Below are positions 26,587 to 37,469 of a stretch of DNA of 64,000 nt, piece after piece. The notes below the pieces were generated by a model that searched no databases, was not told the origin of the DNA, and saw only the letters and a list, made by a program, of their open reading frames with translations. Made by a program: the position numbers and the translations under genes. Source of the stretch: Massalongia carnosa (taxonomy: Eukaryota). The stretch's first letter is position 1; each line of letters starts with the position of its first letter. The stretch covers positions 2,356,001-2,420,000 of the forward strand of contig OZ287068.1 of NCBI GenBank assembly GCA_965645245.1, given 5' to 3'.

Positions 26587-28241
26587 ATGACGTCCCATCC
26601 CTGCTTACCTGCACCAATCAGACCAAATACAATCCCTTCGTTTCAACTCGTAGACGCATCTCGTCAGCGTTTGAAAGACAGCCCATCTCCCCTCGTACCG
26701 TCCGCATGGGCAACTCTACTTCAAGAGTATCCGGGCCCCCTCCGAGTCCATCTGCCCATGATCCTTCGTTTCGGAGTACAAATCGGATACGAAGGCCCCA
26801 CAGACATCCTTCGGATCGAAAAAAATCTGACATCAGCGAATGAGGACCCGGAAACGATCGAGAATAAGCTCCAAGAGGACCTCAGGAAGGGCCGAGTCAG
26901 ACGAATAGCCGCCCCGAGTCAGCCATTTGTGGCCTCCCCCCTCGGCTTGGTCCCGAAACATGACGGAGGATGGCGACGCATTCATCATCTGTCTCATCCC
27001 AATCAAACATCAGTCAACGACAACATTCCAGAAGAGGCATCCAAATTACAATACGCCAGACTCGACGACATTATTCAATTGATTCTGTCAGCGGGCAAAG
27101 GTGCTGTCATAGTGAAAAGAGACGTCAAAGACGCCTTTCGAAACGTTCCCGTCGCACCTCATCATCAATGGCTTCTGGGTTTCGGATGGAATGACGAATT
27201 CTACACCGAGACATGCCTTTCCTTCGGACTGTCGACGGCCCCGTTCATCTTCAATCTTTTTGCGGAAGGCTTTCATTGGATTTTGGAATCCTTTCTACAA
27301 TGGAGATTACATCACTATCTAGACGACTTCGTTGCAATTTTCCCATCCGAGACATCGTCAGAACGATTGCACCAAGAAACAAAAGCCTACAACATTCTCA
27401 CCGACATTCTTGGCATCCCGAGAAAGGACTCAAAAGACGCCGAGGGAACGACAGCGACAGTCTTCGGACTCGAGGTCGACACCATCAACAGTCTTATTCG
27501 TCTGCCAGCGGACAAGCTGGAAAAAGCGAGAATCATCACTACAAAGGCACTAAACGAGACGACAATCAGCCTCGGCGACATGCAGTCAATAGCGGGCTTC
27601 CTAAGCTTCTGCGCACAGGCAGTCAAATTGGGCCGAGTCTTCTTACGATTATTCTGGAATTTTATAGCCTCATTTCCCTCGGGCAGTCATCGTCGGGTCA
27701 AAAGAAGAATTCCCACATGGGTCAGACAGGATCTCATCTGGTGGAACAAACTTCTAGTGGACTTCAACGGTATTGTCTTCTTCGAGACGTCAACACGAGA
27801 CACGATCAAGACAACGAGCTCGTGAATCAAAAAAACGCATGTAGGGCCCGAGTCCTAGTCCTCAATCAGGAAGGATCACCGAGCATAAACGTCCGAGAAG
27901 TCGAAGCTATCCTTCTAATCCTTCAGAAATGGGCGCCGACATGGCGACATCGACAGATCCTTGTCTTTACCGACAGCAACACAGCATACACAGGATTCAC
28001 GAATCTAACCCTCAAGGGACCGGCCAACGCGCCTCTACGAGAAATACTGTCCATAGCTGCAAAGTGGGACATCGTACTACGTTGTCAATGGATCAGTGGC
28101 ACTTCCAATGGACTAGCAGATGCCCTGTCACGTTTTGATGATGAAAGATTGGCTAACTTTTGCCCTCATTGGCAGAACCCATACAATTCGATGAACCTCC
28201 CTCCACCTACCTATCCTCCACACCAGGGTCAGCCCTGGTAA
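26587..28241 (+). pseudogene. Reverse transcriptase / RNase H ORF2 of the YR retrotransposon, frameshifted near 27810
   Basis: RT motifs SPLGLVPKHDGGWRRIHHLS, KRDVKDAFR, LSFGLSTAPFIF and YLDDF. RNase H motifs SINVREVEAI, VFTDSNT and NGLADALSRF are in another frame, and the first RNase H Asp motif is missing. Confidence 0.85.
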
Positions 28242-29323
28242 AACGTCTCGTCTGGCACGGACACTCGGCGGACACGAGAAAAGGGTACGGGACGGCGATC
28301 GACTCATACGAGGCATTCTGCGCGACGACGGGACGCACGTCGTGGCCTGCAACAACCGAGTCCCTCGAGGAATGGCTAGCCGGTCGACTATACGGGGGCG
28401 GCACACCCAAGCAGGGAAAGATAAAACCAGAGACGGCAGCGAGCTACCTCGCCGGCCTCAGATCATACCATGTAGACCGAGGATACGGCCTCACCCCATT
28501 CGAGGGGCCGAGACTTCAATTGATGCTGAAAGGGGGAAAAAGGATCTTTTCTCAGACAAAAAGAAGACGCCTACCCATTTCAAAAGAATTACTGACAAAA
28601 ATCACCAGTATTCCCGCTCATTCGGCCGAAGACCTCAACATCGACGCGACATTCAAAGTTGCATGGGCAGGGTTCCTCAGACTCGGGGAAATCACCTACA
28701 CTGTCGCTGATCGTAAGAAGACATCTTTTCAGAGATTGAAACCTACACGAGGTGACATCTCATTCGCCGAGAACGATCAATACGCGACATTACGTCTCAA
28801 AAGAAGCAAAACAGACACAAATCACTCAGGAGTTCAGATAGTGCTGGCAGCGACCAATGAGAGCACTTGCCCCGTGACAGCACTACGGCGTCTTTTCAGA
28901 AATGATCCTCAGCCATCTACATCCCCGCTTTTTCGTCTCGGCACCGCATTCACCAGAGCCTCCGTCATAGCATCCCTGAAAAAGAGACTGATAGCCGTCG
29001 GCATCAACGACTCGGCATACTCGGGACACAGCTTCAGAAAAGGAGCAGCACAACACGCCGCCGACCACGGGATGCTGGATGAGAGTATTCAGAGACTCGG
29101 AAGATGGTCATCAAACGCGTTTCAGCTATACTTTCAGACGTCCCAGGCCTCACTATTCAATTTGAACCTCAGTTTTCAAAAAGGCATCCCTCTAGCAGTC
29201 CCACGTGCTGTCGTCGCCGAGACGAATCCTACAAACTCCTACCCCTACTCAATTGGGCATTCCATTGGGCGTACAGGTCAACCAGGGCATCGATCCGGAG
29301 CGCCGCCGGGCACCTCCATCTAG
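28160..29323 (+). CDS. Tyrosine recombinase (ORF3) of the YR retrotransposon
   Basis: Catalytic motifs AWAGFLRLGE (R), LKRSKTD (K), GHSFRKGAA (HxxR) and LGRWSSNAFQLY (W...Y). It overlaps the end of ORF2 in a different frame, as in DIRS/Ngaro. Start is uncertain. Confidence 0.9.
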   Translation: MPSLAEPIQFDEPPSTYLSSTPGSALVKRLVWHGHSADTRKGYGTAIDSYEAFCATTGRTSWPATTESLEEWLAGRLYGGGTPKQGKIKPETAASYLAGLRSYHVDRGYGLTPFEGPRLQLMLKGGKRIFSQTKRRRLPISKELLTKITSIPAHSAEDLNIDATFKVAWAGFLRLGEITYTVADRKKTSFQRLKPTRGDISFAENDQYATLRLKRSKTDTNHSGVQIVLAATNESTCPVTALRRLFRNDPQPSTSPLFRLGTAFTRASVIASLKKRLIAVGINDSAYSGHSFRKGAAQHAADHGMLDESIQRLGRWSSNAFQLYFQTSQASLFNLNLSFQKGIPLAVPRAVVAETNPTNSYPYSIGHSIGRTGQPGHRSGAPPGTSI

Positions 29324-29565
29324 ATCATCGCCGTCGGGCACTGCCGTCGGGCATCATCTATCGGATCGTTGAGCGTCAGCAGACGCCTCGGGCCTAGAAG
29401 ATGAGGTTCTCACCTCAGCACCGACCCCGAGTCACGTGCCTAGGCCTGCCCGGGCTGACCTGTGTCGTTCCCATGCCCAATCAAATTCAAGCATTCAAAT
29501 CAATTCATCCAATTAAAAGCCCCCCCAGCGCAAGCGAAGGTAACGGCACCGATAAGGGTCATAGA
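29266..29565 (+). repeat. Split direct repeat B1 (300 bp), identical to B2 at 29796-30095
   Basis: Both run TGGGCGTACAGGTCAACC...GATAAGGGTCATAGA; no mismatches seen. Confidence 0.95.
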
Positions 29566-30117
29566 TGAGATGGTTCTATGTCACGTGAGGCCCCTGAGTC
29601 AAAGTAAATTAAGAATCACCCTCTGAAAATTCTTTCCTCATCCACTTCTTCTCACTCGGCCTCATCCATCTCACTGACTCGTCGTCGACCCCACGTTGTC
29701 TCGGTGCCCCTACCTCGCTGTCAGTGCTTGCTGCTTTTCCCCACCCTCGGCCACCCGAGATTCATAGCTAGTTAGAAGCCACCTTAAGTGAGCGATGGGC
29801 GTACAGGTCAACCAGGGCATCGATCCGGAGCGCCGCCGGGCACCTCCATCTAGATCATCGCCGTCGGGCACTGCCGTCGGGCATCATCTATCGGATCGTT
29901 GAGCGTCAGCAGACGCCTCGGGCCTAGAAGATGAGGTTCTCACCTCAGCACCGACCCCGAGTCACGTGCCTAGGCCTGCCCGGGCTGACCTGTGTCGTTC
30001 CCATGCCCAATCAAATTCAAGCATTCAAATCAATTCATCCAATTAAAAGCCCCCCCAGCGCAAGCGAAGGTAACGGCACCGATAAGGGTCATAGAGATAT
30101 CAATATAGGTAGTTAAA

Positions 30118-32766
30118 GAGTACGGATACGTGGACACCCCTTTGGTTACCTGGACACCCCCTGAGGTTACCTGGACACCCCCCAGTGATACAGGGACACC
30201 CCCTTCCTAGAATAGGTAAGAATCAAGGGTTCAGCCCCCTCACTTACCCACTTCGGGGTAAGCTCCCGGGCGCATATCGGGGAAATTTTTTCCTTCACCT
30301 TTTGAAAGTGGTCGGGAATTTCTGAAACGAAGTCGATTGGCACTGGCTTTGCAAATCAGACTCTGATTCTAGAAACTAAGCCTCATTTGGTCTAATTAAT
30401 GATGATAACCTCCTCATCTCCGCTTGCTGTCGCTGTCCCCCCCCCCCTGTCGCCGTCCCCGCCTCCGAGTCATTTGTAGCCAGCCTGCCAATCCCCTTGT
30501 TATAACCCCTCCTCTAGCCCTACCTCCCCGTCCCCGTCCCCATCCCGATCCCCGTCCCCGTCTGCCTCGTCCACGACCAGGTGCCGGGTCCGCTCGATGA
30601 ACGGCTGATTGATCTGCATCCGGGTCCACCCGCTCGAAAAGGGAAGGATCACGATTAGTAGATGCCTCGAATGCTTGCTGTCTTCTATTCAAATTCTCCG
30701 CACCTGCAGGTCTGCCCCTTGGTCTAGCAACTTCGGGTGCCTGAACCCGAAGATAAGGATTATCAATAGCCACACGGGCTGTCCTATCAAACCTCCAATG
30801 AGGATGAATATCTTCCAATAGCAACTTTCCCCCCCCATCCCCATACAATCGTTCCTGAATCTTATGACTGCACGGAAGACCCATGGTTAAACTGAACGTT
30901 CCAGTACAGGCCGGAATAGCTGTTGGTTGACCAACCAAACGTTCGTATTGAGGCATTATCTTTCTCAAAGCATAGGAAGTGACGTATGGACTGATTTCCT
31001 GAAAGATAGGTTTGCGAATATCCATAGGTAGTCGCACCTTCGCTTCATCAAGACGAATCAGATGATTGTGAAGTTCATTGATCAATAGAAGATTGATTCC
31101 GTCCACCACCGTCTTAAGATCTCTAGATGATGACCCTAGCTGTCGCTTAAGTACTGCATGCCCACCTTCACCTCGAGAGGTAGTGGTGGTTTCGAAATGA
31201 GTAATCATACTGGTATAGCACTTGACAAAACGATGTCGGAAGGGTATGTAGATGTCGTTTAGATATTCCACACATTGATCCTGACCCTGATACTGAATCC
31301 TGAATCGCTCCCATGACTCCAAAAACTCTGGTTCTGACGAGGCATAAACGACCGTTTTCCAGTCAGCGAAGAAGGAGTCCCACGCCTCTTTGGTATCGAA
31401 GCTCTTCTTGCAATTGGTCAGGACGTTATTATTGATGTGCCATAAGCAAAGCAGATGATTGGTTGCGGGGAAAACATCCTCAATTCCAGCTATCAGACTC
31501 TTTTCCATGTCCGTGACTATGACGATCGGGTTAGGAAGCATCATCCCATCATACATACCTCGCAATTGCTGCAACATCCAGGTATAATCAGACGTGGCTT
31601 CCTTGGCCATGAAGCAAAATGCCACATAGAAGTTGGTATGTAGGGCGGTTTGACCACTGATGATCAATAAGGGCATCTTATATCTGTTGGTTTTGTAAGT
31701 GGCGTCCATCACCAACACCTCGTAATTCGTCTTCAATAGTCGTTGAGAACAGCCCTTAATAAAGAATAAATGAGTTATTCTATCTAGATCATCCTTTTGC
31801 ATCTGATACGTCCAATCTCCTTGATCCAGCTCTCGGATTAATGCCTGAACCGGAGTCAATGGGCCGAGTGTCTCGCGACGAAGCTGTGCTTTGACGTTGT
31901 AGATATCCCGAGGTTTGAATAAGGGATTGATGATGTAGGGATTTTCTGGATCGTCAAAATTGATTCCCGTCGTCGGATCAGCAACACGAAGACTAGATAA
32001 AATCTTGAAAGGGGCTGTTTGCACGATCAGAGCTCGGGAAATCTCACTTTTAACCTCTTTCGTCATCGCCAATTTCCTCAACGCTGGATGAGCACCAGCG
32101 AGGGTAGAAGCATGATTATGAGTCGATTTGACCACCTCCAAAAACCAGATACCACTGTCGTTTTCTCGTGTGGCCACACAAGAGAAAGGGCATTCAATTC
32201 GTCGGCTACCCGTATGTCGCCGATCCTGACCTCTTGGTCCGTCGGTTTTTCTTCCTCGATCACATATCAGCCATGCCTTTCTTGTTACCTTAAGTTTCGA
32301 CTTCTTGGTTCGACCCAAAACGACTGCGTATCCTTGAAAACTTTGTCCATCCTCGGGGGGTGCAAGTCCGCCAGGGGGTAGAGGGCCAGGTGGTCGGGGT
32401 GGAGTAGCTGGTTCATCTTCGAGGGGTGCAAGTCCGTCAGGAGGTGGGGCAGGAGGTGGGGCAGGAGGTGGGGGGTCAGGAGGTGGGGCAGGAGGTGGGG
32501 GGTCAGGAGGTGGTGCAGACATGATAAAGTGTCAAAATGTTGGTGATGATGCTGTTTACGAAGTGCCAAAATGTTGGTGTTTACGGTTGAAAAAAAAATT
32601 CCCGAGGTGCACCCTCGGGAGCTTACCCCGAAGTGGGTAAGTGAGGGGGCTGAACCCTTGATTCTTACCTATTCTAGGAAGGGGGTGTCCGTGTATCACT
32701 TGGGGGTGTCCAGGTAACCTCAGGGGGTGTCCAGGTAGCCAAAGGGGTGTCCACGTATCCGTACTC
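30118..32766 (-). mobile_element. Mutator-like (MULE) DNA transposon
   Basis: 151-bp TIRs (30118-30268 and 32616-32766, ~3 mismatches) begin GAGTACGGATACGTGGACACCCC and each contains four GGACACCCC subrepeats. An 8-bp TSD TAGTTAAA lies at 30110-30117 and 32767-32774. Confidence 0.93.
30414..32522 (-). CDS. MULE transposase
   Basis: FAR1-like CDRG..CPF..HNH; MULE DDE motifs MDATYKTNRY, VTDMEKSL, CLWHI and RGEGGHAVLK; SWIM finger CTGTFSLTMGLPCSH; AT-hook RPRGRP; Pro-repeat N-terminus. Confidence 0.9.
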   Translation of the reverse strand: MSAPPPDPPPPAPPPDPPPPAPPPAPPPDGLAPLEDEPATPPRPPGPLPPGGLAPPEDGQSFQGYAVVLGRTKKSKLKVTRKAWLICDRGRKTDGPRGQDRRHTGSRRIECPFSCVATRENDSGIWFLEVVKSTHNHASTLAGAHPALRKLAMTKEVKSEISRALIVQTAPFKILSSLRVADPTTGINFDDPENPYIINPLFKPRDIYNVKAQLRRETLGPLTPVQALIRELDQGDWTYQMQKDDLDRITHLFFIKGCSQRLLKTNYEVLVMDATYKTNRYKMPLLIISGQTALHTNFYVAFCFMAKEATSDYTWMLQQLRGMYDGMMLPNPIVIVTDMEKSLIAGIEDVFPATNHLLCLWHINNNVLTNCKKSFDTKEAWDSFFADWKTVVYASSEPEFLESWERFRIQYQGQDQCVEYLNDIYIPFRHRFVKCYTSMITHFETTTTSRGEGGHAVLKRQLGSSSRDLKTVVDGINLLLINELHNHLIRLDEAKVRLPMDIRKPIFQEISPYVTSYALRKIMPQYERLVGQPTAIPACTGTFSLTMGLPCSHKIQERLYGDGGGKLLLEDIHPHWRFDRTARVAIDNPYLRVQAPEVARPRGRPAGAENLNRRQQAFEASTNRDPSLFERVDPDADQSAVHRADPAPGRGRGRRGRGSGWGRGRGGRARGGVITRGLAGWLQMTRRRGRRQGGGDSDSKRR

Positions 32767-33925
32767 TAGTTAAAAAAGGGGGGAGGGGGGAGGAGAGAGA
32801 AAACTGATGAGGAAGGAAGAGAGAGAGGAGAAAAGAGAAAATAGATAGATAGGTATGTATTTAAAGAAAAGAAAATTAAGGTAGAGAGGATCTTTTAAAT
32901 CTTTTAATCTATTGTTCATATTTTTCTGCTTCGCCTCTTTCCCCTAGGTCTCAGCAGTTTTCCGTATTGCTTTGCTTTGCTTAATTGAATCAGTTCCCTA
33001 ATCCCCTTTGGCTCCATCCACAATACCGTTGAAGTTACAGGTGTTGAGATAAATTGAAGAATGAAGAGTAATGACTGACTGGAGACGTTGAAGGAAAGGA
33101 GAGAGAGATGAGACTTAAGCCTGAGACTTGGAACGGAGAGAGGGGGGGGGCTTTGAGGGGATTCCTAACATAAGTGAAAGAAAGGAAAGCGAGGGCGAAG
33201 GAAAGAAAGAAATGGCGTGATGAATGCGAACGCAGGAGAGAGAAAGAAAGAGCGCGAAACAGTCTGATCGAAGTAGATAGTCTGCATGATTGGTGTTAAG
33301 TTTTTTAATGATAGAAGAAATAATTGAGCGATTTGCAAAATACTGGAAATCGCGTCCGCGCCTGCTACTGCTAGGCTGCATTATTTTTTCTTCGGTCAGT
33401 TGCGAGCTGGCTGGCGAAGGCAAGTGAACATGAGTTATTATGGAGAAGAGAAGAGGGAAAGATTTTTGGGGGGGGGGGGGGGGGGTTGAGGAAGGAACTT
33501 TCATTTTAGATATGCCCACTCAAAGTATCAAGATTGGATTTTCTACTCCTGTAGCTGAAATGATAATAGGTATTTAATCATAGAATAGAATCCGAAAGAA
33601 CCGCTTGCCGCGCCGGTAAAACTGGGTAGAATACCAAGTAATTCTTTGTAGAAAGCCGAACCGGCACCTTTTCTTAGCCAAACCGAATTGCTTCTAAGTG
33701 ATTAACACTGGTTAAGATTACATATCGTCGGTTTCATCTTGTGGCTCATTTTTAGTCCTATTCGCTCGCTTTGAACAAGGCGGTTCACAAGAACCGATTT
33801 GTGGTGGCTTTGGCAGCGCGGGTATTGATCACAGTTACTTTCCTGTGACTGTGCAGATGGCCTTATTCTCATCCAACTTATCCCATGCCGAGGGGTCGTG
33901 CGAGCTTGTGCATCTAGGTGTCATC

Positions 33926-34764
33926 TTATAAACCGCGTGGATTATATAGGTTGCCTAATCCCTTTAGTCAGCAGAAGGAGTCGTAACGAGAGCTCTCGGC
34001 CTGGTGTCTTTATAGGTCAAAAGAGGAAACCTACAAAGATGTGCTTAAAGCACCAAACTCGGTCTTTTGGGCAACTTGATTTATCTAAGTCACCGGATTA
34101 GCGGTTTTTCACCGGTAAAAGGTTTGGATGAAGACATACATTGGGTGCATGTCATCCTTTTATAAACTGGTTCCAAGCTTATCACTTCATACTTGTTACA
34201 ACAGGCAAGATGTTCGTCTAGACAGAGGGAGTCCGAATTTTTATCGGGAAAGATAAGCTTTCCATTGGCAAGATCGAACGTCTGATCACCCAAATTATCC
34301 CAGTGCGGAAATTCCGCTGCGTCTGCAATCAGTACGTTTCCGTTCGGTATCCCGGGGGCCACCTTCGGGCTAATATCGTCTACAGAGTTACCTGAACCGG
34401 TGGTATCCGGCGGAGCAGCGTTTAAGGTTAAGTCATCTGCTGGTGGAAAGCTGTTCACGCCGCTAAGTGCTACAGGTTCTCCATCGGAGATTGTGGGTTT
34501 TGCAAAAGGTCCAGCACCATCTATAAGTGAAGGATAATTACCAGTGCCGTCTCCTAAAGGTTGAGAGAAGCCCCCAGTCGATGAAGCGACGGGTTGGCCG
34601 GTCGGATCCCGCACACCACCTGTATAGATGCCGTTCTCATCAGTTGCAAACACGCCTTCATTTGATGCAACTGAAAACGAAGAAACGTCTTCGGTAGGAA
34701 AAAAATCCACAGGCATGGTATATGTTGTGGAGAGGCAGGCGAGCAGAAGAACTAAGGAACGCAT
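33926..34764 (-). CDS. Putative small secreted protein with low-complexity body and Cys-rich C-terminus
   Basis: Signal-like MRSLVLLLACLSTTYTMP, then an acidic G/P/S-rich region and CLDEHLACC..CTQ. A plausible intron at 34139-34086 continues into YKSSCPKDRVWC. The 3' exon structure is inferred. Confidence 0.55.
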
Positions 34765-37469
34765 GATGGAATTAGGGAAGCTTTTAGAGAGAAATGACAT
34801 CGTCGAACTAATCAAATGACTTCTAGGTGATTATTTCAAAAGAAACCGAATTGAAGATCAAAGGCATCCTTTAAAAGGAATCATGGTGCTTTATACTTGT
34901 CGTAAGAGTATGTCTACTATGGCTCCCTAGTTCTTGCTGTCCTAGTAAATATGGGATGTTAAACGAGTGATGATGTTTCGAAAGCTGTGCCCCCCGAGTC
35001 CTACTTCCCGTCCCTTACTTTACGTTTACCACGCCGGTTTCATAACGGTTGAAGTTTTGTCATCACGAACGGGACAAAAGCCAAATTGTGCTCGTTGCTC
35101 GAACTTCACCTCACCTCCTCTCACGGTTAGCCAGCAGAGCGCTGTGTACGGCGTCTGAAGAAAAGATGGAGACTGAAATCGCCATCACCATGAGACTCAT
35201 TTATCAAGTTCATCGACTGAAGCTCCTAAAGTTCGCTTCACCATTGGTCTACGAAACGGCCAACCATCTCCTCGGGACGATCAGATCCACGGGTGAAATC
35301 CGATGAAACGGAACGACGCAAACATTATCCCAAGCCCTTTTCTCGGGAAATCATTAAATCGTGTCAAGAAACTAATCGAAGCGAGTTGCCTGTTACTCGC
35401 TTCGGTTAGCAACGGGTGAGTGTGGCAGTGTAAATCCAAGGCGGAGTATCTGATTGTTTCCTGCTCCGAAGCCCCGTCATTCATATACGAGCGTTGAACA
35501 GATTGAGAGATGCCATTCTCAATAAGAAAGTGGTAAAGCGCAAATCTGCCGTTATTTTGAGGTAAAGAACCCGAATGGCGTTTCTTGCGCTTCATCACTT
35601 TTGCTAGCCTATTTAGAAACGAAATCTCACGCGTCCTACTTAAGACAACATAACGGAGCATCGTAGCGTAACACTCTCTCCGAATTGAAGTTTGCTCGCT
35701 TCTTGTTCGGGTTCCACATTGTTTGGATTCATGAACACATTGAAAAAAGTCTAAATCCTATCAATCCCGGCTGAAGATTTATAGGATGTTATGGAGCAGA
35801 ATCCTTTCTCGTCCAGTGAACTTCAGCATCAACCCCTGAGCAGGACACGCAGCTACAACGATACCTATCGACCTACCTCGTATATCAAGGTGACGAAAAA
35901 CCTCTACTTTAGAGATTAAGGCAGAGCTCAAAACTCCACGAAAGGAAACTCACCCGTCTTTCCGTTTCACAAAAAGCTTTCTAACGCAGAATCCTGTCGA
36001 AGACAAGATTGAGCAGTTTAAATAAGGAAGACGATAGCATGTTTTCCAAGGTGTGTTATCATGTTAACCCAAGGGTTCATCCTCAAATCGACTCTGAATG
36101 AAAATTCGAAATGAAAGGGGTGGATCGTATCAGATTATTTAGCCAAAGACATGTAGCACTGGATCATCACATCGTAAGCCTAAGTACGGGTCCATGTCAA
36201 TTCTTGTAGAGGCCAGTATCCCGACATCGTAGCTATGCATCATGAGATCTTCTGAGAAATATTCTTCACCGTTTGGATTGTGAGTATGCCTATCTAGGAG
36301 ATTTGGGCATCGTTGTAAAAGTATATATTTCTAGGGCATCTTTGGCTTTTAGTGATATACATAGCATAATAGAGCCTTTGATGCGCTCACGCCCAAGGGC
36401 GAGTTCAATTAGTTTCAGCTCTCTTTGAAGAAATAATGTGACACCATCATCGAGCCGGATCGGTGCGTTCATGAATCGTAGGTTTGATATTTGTAAACTT
36501 TATGCATGTTTTTTATCTGAACAGTTCTCCTATTCGAGTCATTTTGTAAAATACACTACCCATTCAGCCAAAGATTCCCTGTTGTGGTTTTTAGCTATTC
36601 TAATGGTGTAATTGGTTGTACGAGAAAGGGTTTCTTGAAGAAGTGTGGGACCTTATTTCTTCTCTAGAAGCTCAATATTTGCCCCTTTTGGTTGGAAATG
36701 CTTGTTCAATCCCCAAATATAGTCTAAGGCAAGATAGCCGGACTGCAGCCTTTAGGTACCCGAACCAGAACGATTTACATATGTTTGGCGATGAAAGCTA
36801 GCGAAGTCTGGGAACCTTCTAAGGCATTTTTCATCTCTAAGTTCTCCGTATCATCTTCCTCAGCAGTATCAAAGAAACCCATGGAACGGTTGTCACTACG
36901 TCTCGAGCCGCAGTAAATCCCTTGGCAGATAGCTATATTCCTTGAGCCATTAACCCGCCGTGATGCCAATAGTTGATAGTCCTTGTAGATGACTCTTGAG
37001 CTGACTTCACCGCCAGCAGCTCTCGAAGAAAGCCTGTGAGACGAGACAACAAAGTGCACAGCCTGATTCTTCCCTTTGTCAATCAGGTACCCAATCAACT
37101 ACGGTCTAGAGGCTGTCGTCCGCTCCGAGGCGGAATTCGTCTCCTAGAAGTCCCCGTTACGGTTAGCGTTACGCAGCGGGTTACGATCCGCTTTTCAAAG
37201 GACCAAGCGTCAGCTCTTACGTGGATGAACAGAGTCATAACGATTTTACTACGTCGCGTTCCCAAAGGCTTACGGGACTCACCCTTCCTCTGATGGCTTC
37301 CTCCAGAGACGTGATGGTTGATCTCCGACTGCCATGGTGTTAAGAGTAGGTCCGATAGTCAAGGTCCCAGGCTTACAGAATATCGCATTAGTTAGTGTAA
37401 GTAATAAGATGGCGTTACAAAACATACGCCTCGGGATGTATCCTACCAGGTCCTTCATCGTATGGACTA

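Larger units (their letters stand above)
25282..30095 (+). mobile_element. Tyrosine-recombinase retrotransposon (DIRS order, Ngaro/PAT-type split direct repeats)
   Basis: Carries gag, RT/RNase H and YR ORFs. Repeat layout: A1 (25282-25457), ORFs, B1 (29266-29565), A2 (29566-29741), 54-bp spacer, B2 (29796-30095). No TSD. Confidence 0.93.

Noticed and set aside
28160..29323. Tyrosine recombinase as a Starship captain or Crypton
   Set aside because: It is short, overlaps an RT/RNase H ORF and lies inside split direct repeats, which is DIRS/Ngaro organisation. No DUF3435-like captain is visible.
29391..29446. Hammerhead ribozyme in repeat B
   Set aside because: A three-way junction is present, but the CUGAnGA and GAAA core boxes are absent.
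30118..30210. CRISPR-like array of GGACACCCC repeats
   Set aside because: These are subterminal repeats within the MULE TIR, mirrored at the other end, in a eukaryotic context.
36775..37467. Degraded minus-strand gene fragment next to Fot1, with an intron-like GTATGT..CTAAC..AG
   Set aside because: Stops in all frames and no identifiable family.
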